DNA from: a virus
Virus record (IMG/VR): IMGVR_UViG_3300042907_001596
Span: 32,001 to 96,000 of that record
Length of the DNA stretch: 64,000 nucleotides
Reading direction: 5' to 3' (one strand)
A model generated the notes under the pieces. It searched no databases and was not told the origin of the DNA. It was given only the letters and a program-made list of their open reading frames with translations. Positions 29,496 through 37,897 of this stretch are shown here, piece after piece (within the stretch, counting starts at the first letter, position 1; the number at the start of each line of letters is the position of its first letter). The position numbers and the translations under genes are program-made.

Positions 29496-29711
29496 ATGTC
29501 TGCCGAACGCATCGTCGTATTGCAAAACAGCATCCGTGCCCGTCAGGTGGAGATCCGCCGGTTGACCGAAGCGAACCGCGAGAACGCCCGCGAACTCAAA
29601 ACGCTGGTCGACATTCCGACGTGGTTGATCTTCATGTCCACCCTGGAGGGCACCCCGGCCGAGTTTGAAGATCCCGACTACCTGGCCAACCTCGACCTCA
29701 AAGCCCGATGA
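29496..29711 (+). CDS. hypothetical protein
   Basis: GGAG RBS inside upstream hairpin. Confidence 0.5.
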   Translation: MSAERIVVLQNSIRARQVEIRRLTEANRENARELKTLVDIPTWLIFMSTLEGTPAEFEDPDYLANLDLKAR

Positions 29712-30427
29712 GGAGCCACCTCAACACCCACGGCCCGCACCCGATGGCGCTGAGCACCGTCGCGGTAGTCGCCCACCCGGCGCGTACGTCGATGGCCAAC
29801 GTCGTCGCCTTTGAGTCCGGTGCCGATGCGGTGTGCTGGGACACCGGCGGCATCGGCTGCGAAGCCAACCACATGCAAGCCTGGCGGTGGCTCACCGAAT
29901 CCGCCCAGCCGTGGTCGGTCGTGCTGGAAGACGACGTGGCATTGGTCGGGCAGTTCACCCACCAACTGGGGCAGGTGCTGGCCGCAGCGCCCTCCCCGGT
30001 TGTGTCCCTCTACTTAGGCCGGGGGCACCCACACGGCGGCACCTTCGACTGGCAGAATCGGATCTCCGCGAAGATCACCGCCGACGTGTGCTGGCTGACG
30101 GCCGAGTCGCTGCTGTCGGCGCAAGGCTGCGCGATCCGCACCCACCTCGTCCCCGACATGCTCGCCCTGGTGGAGCCGCTGACGAAGGACGGCATGCCGG
30201 TGGACGAAGCGATCAGCGTGTGGTGCCAAGAGCGCGGGTACCTCGTGGCGCACTGCCGACCCAGCATTGTCGACCACCTGGATCCGCCGCCGCTGATCAC
30301 TAAGCGGGCCGACGGGCAGCCCAGGACGGCCAAAAGAACGGCCTGGCTCTTCGATGGACGGACTTTTTGGGACTCCTCGACTGCTCACCTCACCAACCTG
30401 CGTTCGGCGGCGATACCGGAAGCGTGA
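29708..30427 (+). CDS. glycosyltransferase, GT25-like
   Basis: GCEANHMQAW, VVLEDD, LYLG, PVDE, PSIVDH. Confidence 0.75.
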   Translation: MRSHLNTHGPHPMALSTVAVVAHPARTSMANVVAFESGADAVCWDTGGIGCEANHMQAWRWLTESAQPWSVVLEDDVALVGQFTHQLGQVLAAAPSPVVSLYLGRGHPHGGTFDWQNRISAKITADVCWLTAESLLSAQGCAIRTHLVPDMLALVEPLTKDGMPVDEAISVWCQERGYLVAHCRPSIVDHLDPPPLITKRADGQPRTAKRTAWLFDGRTFWDSSTAHLTNLRSAAIPEA

Positions 30428-30527
30428 GACACCCGCCGATAAACTGAAGGTTCACAGCCCCGGCTAGCTTGCCAGAGCGAAAAGCGGACGTTGCTGCACT
30501 TACTCCGTTCGCACCCGCCTGCCGGGG

Positions 30528-30561
30528 CTGTGTGCATCCCCCCTTCGACCAGGAAGGGGTG
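30528..30561 (+). promoter_or_regulatory. putative late promoter CTGT-N21-GAA
   Basis: CTGT 30528, gaaggggtg 30553. Confidence 0.55.
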
Positions 30562-30575
30562 GAGGGTATGGGCAG

Positions 30576-33500
30576 ATGACACGGCGGATTCAGCGGCAAC
30601 GGGAGGCGTTTGCCTATCGGGTCGCTGAGGTTGAGGGCTACCCCCGCGACTACAGCTTGACGACGTGGACGCCGGAAGAGGAAGCCCTCGCCGCCGAACT
30701 AGGCGAACGCCTCCAGCAGAAGGGCATCAGCGGCTTCGGTGCCGACACCATGACCCAAGCGTTGCAGGAACTGATCCTGATGCGCCGGGAGCGCGAGGAA
30801 GCACCGTGGTCGGAAGACTACGACAAAGCGTACAACGACTGGGAAGCCGGACACGAAAGCGACAAGCTGGCCCGCCGGATCGCCACGCGGGCGCTGATGG
30901 CGGTAGTCCCGATGAACGCCCCCGACGGCTATGACCCGGCCGACTACGACCCCCACGACCTCTACGCAGGCAATCCCCCGCACGAAGCTCTGCTCTCCCG
31001 CCTGGAGAAGAAGTTCATGGGCTGGTACGAACAGCACGGCCAGGAGCATCTGAACTACGCCGGACGAGGCCCGCTAGGTAACTGGCACCAGATCGAACAG
31101 TTCCTCAAGATGCACTACCCCGAAGCGCACCGGGGGCTGAACACCGGCTTTGAGGGCGCGATGCCGCTGATTGACTACGGCGACCAACCCGGCCGCGACC
31201 GACGCAAGGTCTTCACTGAAGAAAAGCTCAACAACCTCCCTGGATACGCCACCGGGCCGGAGGCAGTGGCTCAGCACGGTTATGACCCCAAAGAGGTCGC
31301 GGCGGGCATGCTGCTTCTGCACAACCGCACTCACGACCACCGGGGCGGGGACATTGAGCAGGCGGGCATCGACCGGCTGTACGACATTGCCCAGAAGCGT
31401 TTTGAGATGCAGCGGGCGTATGAGCAGCGCCAGAAGACGGCGTACTACGGCGATGGCCTCCGCACCAACCCCAACTCCCCCACCGGCCTGCCCCTGCTGG
31501 GAGATCCCACCCCCGAACTGACCGGCGAGGAAAGCCAGGAGCTTTACGACCAGATCTCTCAGGCCGACGTGCTGGGCCGGGTGAACCAAGAGTTCCACGA
31601 CTGGGCGTACGAGAACAACAAAGAAAACCCGTACGACGAAGAAGGCTCCCTTGGCTGGCACGGCGAGGCGCGAGGCCCGATCGGCTACTGGCCGCACGTC
31701 GAAGACTTCCTCAAGGAGAAATATCCGGCAGCCCACCGGGGCTTGTCGTTGGGCATGGAGGACGCTGGGTATCTGCTCGACGTACTTCCGACCGGCAAGG
31801 GGTGGGACAAGCCCAGCGTTAGAGGCAAGGATCCGTACGAGACGGGCATCGACGCTGTCGCCCAGCATGGGTACGACCCGAAGGAGATCGTCGCCGCCCT
31901 CATGCTGCTGCACAACGACACCTCGCTGTTGCGCCGCAACAAGCAGGGCATCCAAGACGAGGATCTAGAGCGGCTGCACGACATCGCCGCCCGTCGCTAC
32001 AAGATGCAGCGGCAGTACGAAGAGGCCAACGGTGGCCGACGCTCTCCGCGTGACGACGGCGGCGGCATGACAATTCCCCGGCCGACAATCCAGCAGCCGT
32101 GCGTGTGGTGCGGCGAAGAGGCGAAGGGTCACAGCAGCGAGGGGCTGTGCAAGCAGTGCCTGAGTGAAGCGGGCAAGACGGCCCGCACCGCCATGCCGGT
32201 GCCCCGCAGCGTGCCGTCCGGCCCCGGCACCTGGCAGAGGCAGCGCGACAAGCTCAACGAGAAGGCGCAGAAGGCCGGGGTGCCGGTCGAACTGACACCC
32301 AACTTCTCAATGGATCAGGACGACTTCGATGCCCAGGCGTTCCAGCACGAAGAGGAGGGCCGACCCAACGGCTGGTACAACACGCCCGTCGAGTACGAAG
32401 GCAAAGGCGTGCCGGGAGGGATCTCGCACCGCTACCTGGAGGTTGGCAACGCCAAGATCCCGGTGAACTATCTGCTGCACCACGGCGACGACGGCCGCAT
32501 CAACGGCATCTTGTCGCACTTCCCCAAGGGCACCCCGTTTGAGAAGCCGGGGTCGGTCACCGTTACCGTGCATCCGCACCACCGGGATAAAGGTGTCGGG
32601 TCGAAGTTGCTCAACACTGCCGTGGACAAGTTCGGTGTCGACCTCGACCAGCAGGAGTACACCCCGCTGGGCTACGAGCTTTATCGCAACGTCAAGCACC
32701 AGCAGGGCGAGACGGTGCCCAACATCTTCAACGAGCCTGAGCCTCAGCCCAAACCGGCATTGTCTTCGGCCGAGATAGACGCAGAGTATGTCCGGCAGTG
32801 GGCAAAAGGGATAAGGCCGAAGGTCACGAACAACGGCGTGCGGGAAGCTGCCCTCACGCCCGAAGACTATGCCGAAGCCAAGCGGCTATCGGCGTCGGGC
32901 ATCGACCTTCCCGGCCTGAAAGCTCACCACGCCAACTGGGTGCTGAAGGAGAAGCCGATCAACCCGGCTACAGGCCAGCCTCACACACCGGAGTCAGCGC
33001 GAGGCCACTTCGGGTCAGGCATCTTCCCGTACCTGGCGGCGTTCTATCCCAATGCCACCCAGCAGCGGATGTTTGTGGATATTCCGGCGCACCAGCGCAC
33101 CCGCGACGAAGTTGTCAACGACCTCATCATGGACGACGGCAACATGGACAGGATGACGGCCGGGATGACGGCGCTGCATGCCGAACAGAACGATCAGCCC
33201 CACCTGGCCAACATGATCATGCGGATGCACAAATCTCTGGAGTTCCAACAGGACAAGTCTTCCCCTGAGCTACAGAAAATCATGGACGATGCTAGCTTCC
33301 TGCGGAAAGACATCCAGAAGAACGGGCCTGCGTTTGCCGAACAAATGGGCTACAGCTTTGCCCCCGACCCTGGCATGCCGGTCATGCCCGCCCCTGCCAT
33401 TCAGCCGCAACGCGCCCCGATGACGCCGCCGCGCCCGATGGCCCAACCGTTCGCCACCACCCCGATGCCCACCCCGATGCCGCAGCGCAACCCGATGCCG

Positions 33501-33785
33501 CAGCAGCCGCCGATGTCGGAGTCCGACGCGATCCGCCTGGAGATCCAGCGGGGACGAGCGGCCAGCGCCCACGAGCGCGACGAAGTGCGAACCCCGCCGG
33601 AGGACTACGTCGGTGAGCATCGCAAGCCGGAGAAGTCGCTGCCGAAGAAACTGCAAGACCGCTACGAGAAGTTTCGGACGGAAGACTTCTTCGACTTCCT
33701 CTACAACATCTCCGCCGCCCCCATTCCTGGGGTCACCGCGTCGCGCCTCACCATCGCCGCCGCCCTGGAGTCTTTGGCGGAATAA
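30576..33785 (+). CDS. large polyvalent protein A (2 novel repeat domains, GNAT)
   Basis: N-tag RRIQRQREAFAYRVA; two HGYDP..LLHN domains; VHPHHRDKGVGSKLL. Confidence 0.85.
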   Translation: MTRRIQRQREAFAYRVAEVEGYPRDYSLTTWTPEEEALAAELGERLQQKGISGFGADTMTQALQELILMRREREEAPWSEDYDKAYNDWEAGHESDKLARRIATRALMAVVPMNAPDGYDPADYDPHDLYAGNPPHEALLSRLEKKFMGWYEQHGQEHLNYAGRGPLGNWHQIEQFLKMHYPEAHRGLNTGFEGAMPLIDYGDQPGRDRRKVFTEEKLNNLPGYATGPEAVAQHGYDPKEVAAGMLLLHNRTHDHRGGDIEQAGIDRLYDIAQKRFEMQRAYEQRQKTAYYGDGLRTNPNSPTGLPLLGDPTPELTGEESQELYDQISQADVLGRVNQEFHDWAYENNKENPYDEEGSLGWHGEARGPIGYWPHVEDFLKEKYPAAHRGLSLGMEDAGYLLDVLPTGKGWDKPSVRGKDPYETGIDAVAQHGYDPKEIVAALMLLHNDTSLLRRNKQGIQDEDLERLHDIAARRYKMQRQYEEANGGRRSPRDDGGGMTIPRPTIQQPCVWCGEEAKGHSSEGLCKQCLSEAGKTARTAMPVPRSVPSGPGTWQRQRDKLNEKAQKAGVPVELTPNFSMDQDDFDAQAFQHEEEGRPNGWYNTPVEYEGKGVPGGISHRYLEVGNAKIPVNYLLHHGDDGRINGILSHFPKGTPFEKPGSVTVTVHPHHRDKGVGSKLLNTAVDKFGVDLDQQEYTPLGYELYRNVKHQQGETVPNIFNEPEPQPKPALSSAEIDAEYVRQWAKGIRPKVTNNGVREAALTPEDYAEAKRLSASGIDLPGLKAHHANWVLKEKPINPATGQPHTPESARGHFGSGIFPYLAAFYPNATQQRMFVDIPAHQRTRDEVVNDLIMDDGNMDRMTAGMTALHAEQNDQPHLANMIMRMHKSLEFQQDKSSPELQKIMDDASFLRKDIQKNGPAFAEQMGYSFAPDPGMPVMPAPAIQPQRAPMTPPRPMAQPFATTPMPTPMPQRNPMPQQPPMSESDAIRLEIQRGRAASAHERDEVRTPPEDYVGEHRKPEKSLPKKLQDRYEKFRTEDFFDFLYNISAAPIPGVTASRLTIAAALESLAE

Positions 33786-33804
33786 TCCCACCCCCACCTG
33801 CGTT
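33779..33804 (+). promoter_or_regulatory. ECF-type promoter (copy 5)
   Basis: GGAAT-N17-CGTT. Confidence 0.75.
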
Positions 33805-33846
33805 GTAACAGGTGGAGGGGATCCTCCCCTTCGGGAAGGGGATCTA

Positions 33847-34188
33847 ATGCCCGACTACGCAGGGCACTGGCGCATCCTCGACGCCGCCGCCAGGAAAGGT
33901 GGCTGGCCGCAACCGGGCAGTCATCCCGGTGGCTACGGCAACCCTGCCGTGTATGAGTACTGGTCGCGTGAAGCGGGCCTGAACCACCTCAACGGCGACA
34001 GCCGTCAAGGCCCGGTGCTGGAGGTCTTCTACAACGCTGGCGGCTACTGCATCGGCGTGGACTTCAAGCACGGCGTGTGCGGCAAGGTCATCGCCTCGAC
34101 CGGCGACCTCAAGGCGCTGAAGGCCAAAGAGCGCCTGGCCATCGCAGAGAAGTTCATCCTCGACCACCCGCTCGCGGAAGGAGCCTGA
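33847..34188 (+). CDS. hypothetical protein
   Basis: GAAGGGG RBS after promoter. Confidence 0.6.
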   Translation: MPDYAGHWRILDAAARKGGWPQPGSHPGGYGNPAVYEYWSREAGLNHLNGDSRQGPVLEVFYNAGGYCIGVDFKHGVCGKVIASTGDLKALKAKERLAIAEKFILDHPLAEGA

Positions 34189-34189
34189 C

Positions 34190-34378
34190 ATGGCACGGAA
34201 ACGCGAAGCCCCGTATGGCTTCAAGTACGTTCTCCCCACTCTTGAGGAGCAGCAGGAGCGATACGACAAAGGCCGCAAGGGCTACCGCATAGAGTGCCTA
34301 GGCTGCGGCAAGCGCATCTGGGGAGTCGGTTTGGCGATCGGCTCGCACCGTGGTGCCTGCAAGGGCAGGCCGGAATAA
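34190..34378 (+). CDS. small Zn-finger-like protein
   Basis: CLGCG...H...C; GAAGGAG RBS. Confidence 0.6.
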   Translation: MARKREAPYGFKYVLPTLEEQQERYDKGRKGYRIECLGCGKRIWGVGLAIGSHRGACKGRPE

Positions 34379-34397
34379 TCACTGCTCATCCCGCGTT
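34372..34397 (+). promoter_or_regulatory. ECF-type promoter (copy 6)
   Basis: GGAAT-N17-CGTT. Confidence 0.75.
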
Positions 34398-34441
34398 ATA
34401 GCTAGTGGAGGGGGCACCCGCCCTCTTCGGGAAGGAGACTC

Positions 34442-34609
34442 GTGAAGGATCTTGTCAAGCGAGCCGCCGCACGCGGCATCTTCGCTCGCCCTGAACGCGA
34501 CCTGGAGCGCGACGACCTGTTCTTCGTCCAGATCTGGGACGCCGGGTTCACCGGCATCGTCCCGGCCGACTACCTCGTCGGCCTCGTGGAAGCGGCGGAA
34601 GCGAAATGA
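34442..34609 (+). CDS. small hypothetical protein
   Basis: GAAGGAG RBS, GTG start; not in ORF track. Confidence 0.55.
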   Translation: MKDLVKRAAARGIFARPERDLERDDLFFVQIWDAGFTGIVPADYLVGLVEAAEAK

Positions 34610-34842
34610 AGAAGCAGTTCCAGTTCAAGATCACCGACCCCCGCATGACCGAAGCGCCCATGGCCTTCCCCGACGAGGAAGCCCGCGACGGCATGCTCGC
34701 CTACCTGGAGGCGGAGTACGGCATCGCGCTGGACGACATCGCCCAGATCGTCTTCACCAGCGTCGATGAGGACGGAAAAGTGACCATCGACAAAGCCCTT
34801 CAGCGGGGCGAAGACGTGACCGCCCGCGCCCGGTTCGCTTAA
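34606..34842 (+). CDS. hypothetical protein
   Basis: ATGA overlap. Confidence 0.6.
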   Translation: MKKQFQFKITDPRMTEAPMAFPDEEARDGMLAYLEAEYGIALDDIAQIVFTSVDEDGKVTIDKALQRGEDVTARARFA

Positions 34843-34854
34843 AGGAGGACGACA

Positions 34855-35286
34855 ATGACCATCCGCGACAAAGTTCGCATCGACATTGAGTGCATCGACG
34901 GGGTGCGGACAGAAGACCGAACACCCGTCCGCGAGGTCACCCTGACCCACGCCGACGTGCCCGACCTGCCCGCCCTCGTGGAGTGGCGCGACAAGCGGTT
35001 CACCCCCGACACGGTGACCATCCGCTACCGCCCCAGCCGGGGGAACGTCGACAAGCTGGGCTTTGAGGAGGTCACCATCTCCGGCACCACCATCCGCAAG
35101 GACGGCAAGCCCGGTACCGGCAGGACGGGATGCGGCCACTGGATGCGCCCCGAAGGACTGGACGAAGACCGCCTCGACCGGATTGGGGAGTACATCGTCC
35201 CGGCCTGGCTGCTGCCCTACATCGACAAGTACGACCCGATCGACGGAGAGTTCCCCTTCTCCGCGAAGGAAGAGGTGCCCGCATGA
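34855..35286 (+). CDS. hypothetical protein
   Basis: AGGAGG RBS; RKDGKPG motif. Confidence 0.65.
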   Translation: MTIRDKVRIDIECIDGVRTEDRTPVREVTLTHADVPDLPALVEWRDKRFTPDTVTIRYRPSRGNVDKLGFEEVTISGTTIRKDGKPGTGRTGCGHWMRPEGLDEDRLDRIGEYIVPAWLLPYIDKYDPIDGEFPFSAKEEVPA

Positions 35287-35459
35287 TCTTCACCCACGAC
35301 GGCACCCTGCTGTGCTGGTGCGGCAACACCCCCAGCAGTTCAGGGTTCGACCCTTGCACTGCGACCGGCACCATCGACTACACCCTACTGGACGCCAACA
35401 GCCCACCGGGGCTGCACTACATCTGCAACCGCTGCGGGCTGATCGGCCCGACGGAATAA
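35283..35459 (+). CDS. small Zn-ribbon protein
   Basis: CWCGN..GFDPC..CNRCG. Confidence 0.6.
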   Translation: MIFTHDGTLLCWCGNTPSSSGFDPCTATGTIDYTLLDANSPPGLHYICNRCGLIGPTE

Positions 35460-35478
35460 CCTCGCCCGCCAGGGCGTT
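35453..35478 (+). promoter_or_regulatory. ECF-type promoter (copy 7)
   Basis: GGAAT-N17-CGTT. Confidence 0.75.
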
Positions 35479-35520
35479 ATAGCTAATGGAGGGGGCATCC
35501 CTCCGGTAAGGAGACACCGA

Positions 35521-35724
35521 ATGGCTGAGTTGACACCGGCCCAGCAGATCTTCATGGCCGCGCTGATCGACGCCGCACCTTACGGTGCGGGAGTGGGCAA
35601 CGGTCGCGCCCTGCGCCTCGACACCGCTCGTGCGCTGCACCGTAAAGGGCTGATCGTGCTTACGGCATATCCCAGCATGCTCACTGGTCGCTTGACCTAC
35701 GACTACCGCGCTGCGCTCGCCTGA
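35521..35724 (+). CDS. small hypothetical protein
   Basis: AAGGAG RBS. Confidence 0.6.
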   Translation: MAELTPAQQIFMAALIDAAPYGAGVGNGRALRLDTARALHRKGLIVLTAYPSMLTGRLTYDYRAALA

Positions 35725-35728
35725 CGCG

Positions 35729-35754
35729 GAAATAATGCGCCCCGCCGGGGCGTT
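35729..35754 (+). promoter_or_regulatory. ECF-type promoter variant (copy 8)
   Basis: GAAAT-N17-CGTT. Confidence 0.65.
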
Positions 35755-35796
35755 ACACCAAGTGGAGGGGACGATCCCCTTCGGTAAGGAGACACC

Positions 35797-35988
35797 ATGC
35801 ACGACATCAGCATCCGCGTCGGTGACGCAGAGGTCATCCTGTACATCGCGGAGTTCACCAACAAGCACGAGATGGCTTCGCGTGTCGCCCGCGCCAAGCT
35901 CACCTCCGGCGAAGCCTTCGCCCTCGCGGCGAAGCTCGTTCAGGCCGGTGCCGATCTACTGGAGAAGGAACTGGAGGCGGCAGGATGA
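35797..35988 (+). CDS. hypothetical protein
   Basis: AAGGAG RBS. Confidence 0.6.
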   Translation: MHDISIRVGDAEVILYIAEFTNKHEMASRVARAKLTSGEAFALAAKLVQAGADLLEKELEAAG

Positions 35989-36224
35989 CCAAGACCGCCA
36001 GTTCCTCCGCCCTGCGGATCTACGCCCTCGCCCACGACTACGCCGTCAAGGCCGTCGGCAAGGACGTGTTCAACTTCCAGAACGACCGGGTGAAGCACGC
36101 CCTGGTGGCCGTGCAGATCATCTACCTCGTCGGTGCTCAAGACGAAGACTCCCCCGCTGAAAAGCGGCTCGACCTGCTATTCCAACTGCAATGCCTCAAC
36201 GGCGAGCAGTACGGACTCGCGTAA
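35985..36224 (+). CDS. hypothetical protein
   Basis: ATGA overlap. Confidence 0.55.
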   Translation: MTKTASSSALRIYALAHDYAVKAVGKDVFNFQNDRVKHALVAVQIIYLVGAQDEDSPAEKRLDLLFQLQCLNGEQYGLA

Positions 36225-36249
36225 ACCCTCAACCCCAGAAGGAGACACC

Positions 36250-36414
36250 ATGTACGTCGCAGACGTGACAGACATCAAAGAGCTTGAGCAGCTTCTGAGC
36301 GAGGCTCAGGTTTTTCTCGCAGATTCCCGTAGCGAGGCTGGCCGCGAGCAGGCCGCGTGGGACATCGAAGACATCACCGCTCGCATCGAAGAGTTAGAGG
36401 CGGGTGGCTCGTGA
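36250..36414 (+). CDS. hypothetical protein
   Basis: GAAGGAG RBS. Confidence 0.6.
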   Translation: MYVADVTDIKELEQLLSEAQVFLADSRSEAGREQAAWDIEDITARIEELEAGGS

Positions 36415-36593
36415 CCCTGCACACCCGCACCTGGACTGTCCAGCCCTTCGGGGCGCACTGGAATGTCATCCAGCGGCTCTTCGATGAGGACAAAGGCGAC
36501 TTCATCGAAGCCACCACAGAGTGGGTGGCGACCGTGAAGGACGAAGCCGCCGCCCGCACCCTGGCCGAACTGCTCGCAGAAGGAGACACATGA
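36411..36593 (+). CDS. hypothetical protein
   Basis: GTGA overlap. Confidence 0.55.
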   Translation: MTLHTRTWTVQPFGAHWNVIQRLFDEDKGDFIEATTEWVATVKDEAAARTLAELLAEGDT

Positions 36594-36745
36594 CCTACGA
36601 CGACGCCATCGCCGCCTACGAGGAGGCGAAGAAAAAGGCCGACGCCGCCTACCAGGAGTTCCTGTACCTGGAGGCGAAGGCGCGGGATCTGATAGACGAA
36701 GCGGAGCGAGTCGCTGAGGCCGACTGGAAAGCGGCCGGATACTGA
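36590..36745 (+). CDS. hypothetical protein
   Basis: GAAGGAG RBS. Confidence 0.6.
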   Translation: MTYDDAIAAYEEAKKKADAAYQEFLYLEAKARDLIDEAERVAEADWKAAGY

Positions 36746-36927
36746 TGGACTTCATGGACATTTTGGTGTCACAGGTCGCCGCGCTGGGAATCATTGTGGA
36801 CACCTTGCTTGAGGTTGAGCAGGAGACGTACGCCGACATGACCGGCCGGTACGAAAAGCTGGATCAGATGATCGCCATGCTGGATTCCGTGAAGGAGCAG
36901 CTAGTCAAAGAGAGGGGACGAGTGTAA
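36745..36927 (+). CDS. hypothetical protein
   Basis: TGATG coupling. Confidence 0.55.
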   Translation: MDFMDILVSQVAALGIIVDTLLEVEQETYADMTGRYEKLDQMIAMLDSVKEQLVKERGRV

Positions 36928-37145
36928 TGGAAGTCGTCCGCATGATTGACGACCGCGTCGTTACCTCCGGCGAGTGGGATCTGACCTACCAGACCAACGC
37001 CGTCACGCTGCGAGCCGCCTGCAAAGGCGAAGGGCTGGCCGTGTCGGGCACCAACGCCCAACGGGCACGCCGGTTGCTCGACGCCGGACTGACCTACGAG
37101 GATGTGATCGCCAAGTATGGCTGGAAGGCCCGTAGGGGCCTGTAG
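36927..37145 (+). CDS. small SAP-like DNA-binding protein
   Basis: LRAACKGEGLAVSGTNAQRARRL resembles SAP motif. Confidence 0.55.
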   Translation: MEVVRMIDDRVVTSGEWDLTYQTNAVTLRAACKGEGLAVSGTNAQRARRLLDAGLTYEDVIAKYGWKARRGL

Positions 37146-37173
37146 ATGCCCCGCTGGCTGGCGGGAAGAGGTG
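37140..37173 (+). promoter_or_regulatory. putative late promoter CTGT-N21-GAA
   Basis: CTGT 37140, gaagaggtg 37165. Confidence 0.55.
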
Positions 37174-37199
37174 AAGGGTGCAACGACCAAGGAGAACCC

Positions 37200-37499
37200 A
37201 TGAACAACTTCCTGATCGGCCTGATGCTGGCCGCGCTGAAGAATGAAAAGGTGCAGCAGGAGATCGGCAACTTCACCAGCCGCATCGTGACCGACAAGCT
37301 CCTGCCGCTGCTGCCCCTCGTCGCCGCCGCCGCCGCCAAAGCCGTGACCGATCAGATCCCCCAGTTGGCCACCATCACCACCGACGTAGCCAAGATGGCC
37401 GACGACCTGCGCGATAACCTCAACGACGCCATCCCCGACTTCGACTTCGGGATCCCCGCACTGGATGACCTGCTCGACATCTGGCGACCCAAGAAATAG
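37200..37499 (+). CDS. hypothetical protein
   Basis: AAGGAG RBS. Confidence 0.65.
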   Translation: MNNFLIGLMLAALKNEKVQQEIGNFTSRIVTDKLLPLLPLVAAAAAKAVTDQIPQLATITTDVAKMADDLRDNLNDAIPDFDFGIPALDDLLDIWRPKK

Positions 37500-37507
37500 G
37501 GAGCATA

Positions 37508-37855
37508 ATGCCTGGCGACCGCACCGAAGGCACCGACGGCGTTCACCCGTTGCAGCACCTCATCAACAAGTCTGTTCGTCCCCCCGACTATGAAGAGGAC
37601 TCCAAAGGCTGGTGGGCCGACAAGCTGGCTTTGGGGGAGATCACCAACGAAGAGTTCCTGAAGCGTTGGCCGAAAAAAGACCCCGTCAAAGAGGCCGTCG
37701 CCGCCATCAAAGAAGCCCAAGCCATCCTCGCCTACGACCCGCCGGAGCAGCAGCCTAGCTGGCGGGATATGGGCATTGAGGTCGAAGACGCCGACGAAGC
37801 CGACGCCCGCCGACGCGGAAAGCCGAAGCTGCGCCCGCCGGTTCAGCGCGACTGA
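37508..37855 (+). CDS. hypothetical protein
   Basis: GGGAG RBS. Confidence 0.55.
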   Translation: MPGDRTEGTDGVHPLQHLINKSVRPPDYEEDSKGWWADKLALGEITNEEFLKRWPKKDPVKEAVAAIKEAQAILAYDPPEQQPSWRDMGIEVEDADEADARRRGKPKLRPPVQRD

Positions 37856-37856
37856 C

Positions 37857-37890
37857 CTGTAGCCTCGCCCGCCCCCATCCTGAATAAGTG
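37857..37890 (+). promoter_or_regulatory. putative late promoter CTGT-N21-GAA
   Basis: CTGT 37857, gaataagtg 37882. Confidence 0.55.
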
Positions 37891-37897
37891 GAGGTGG

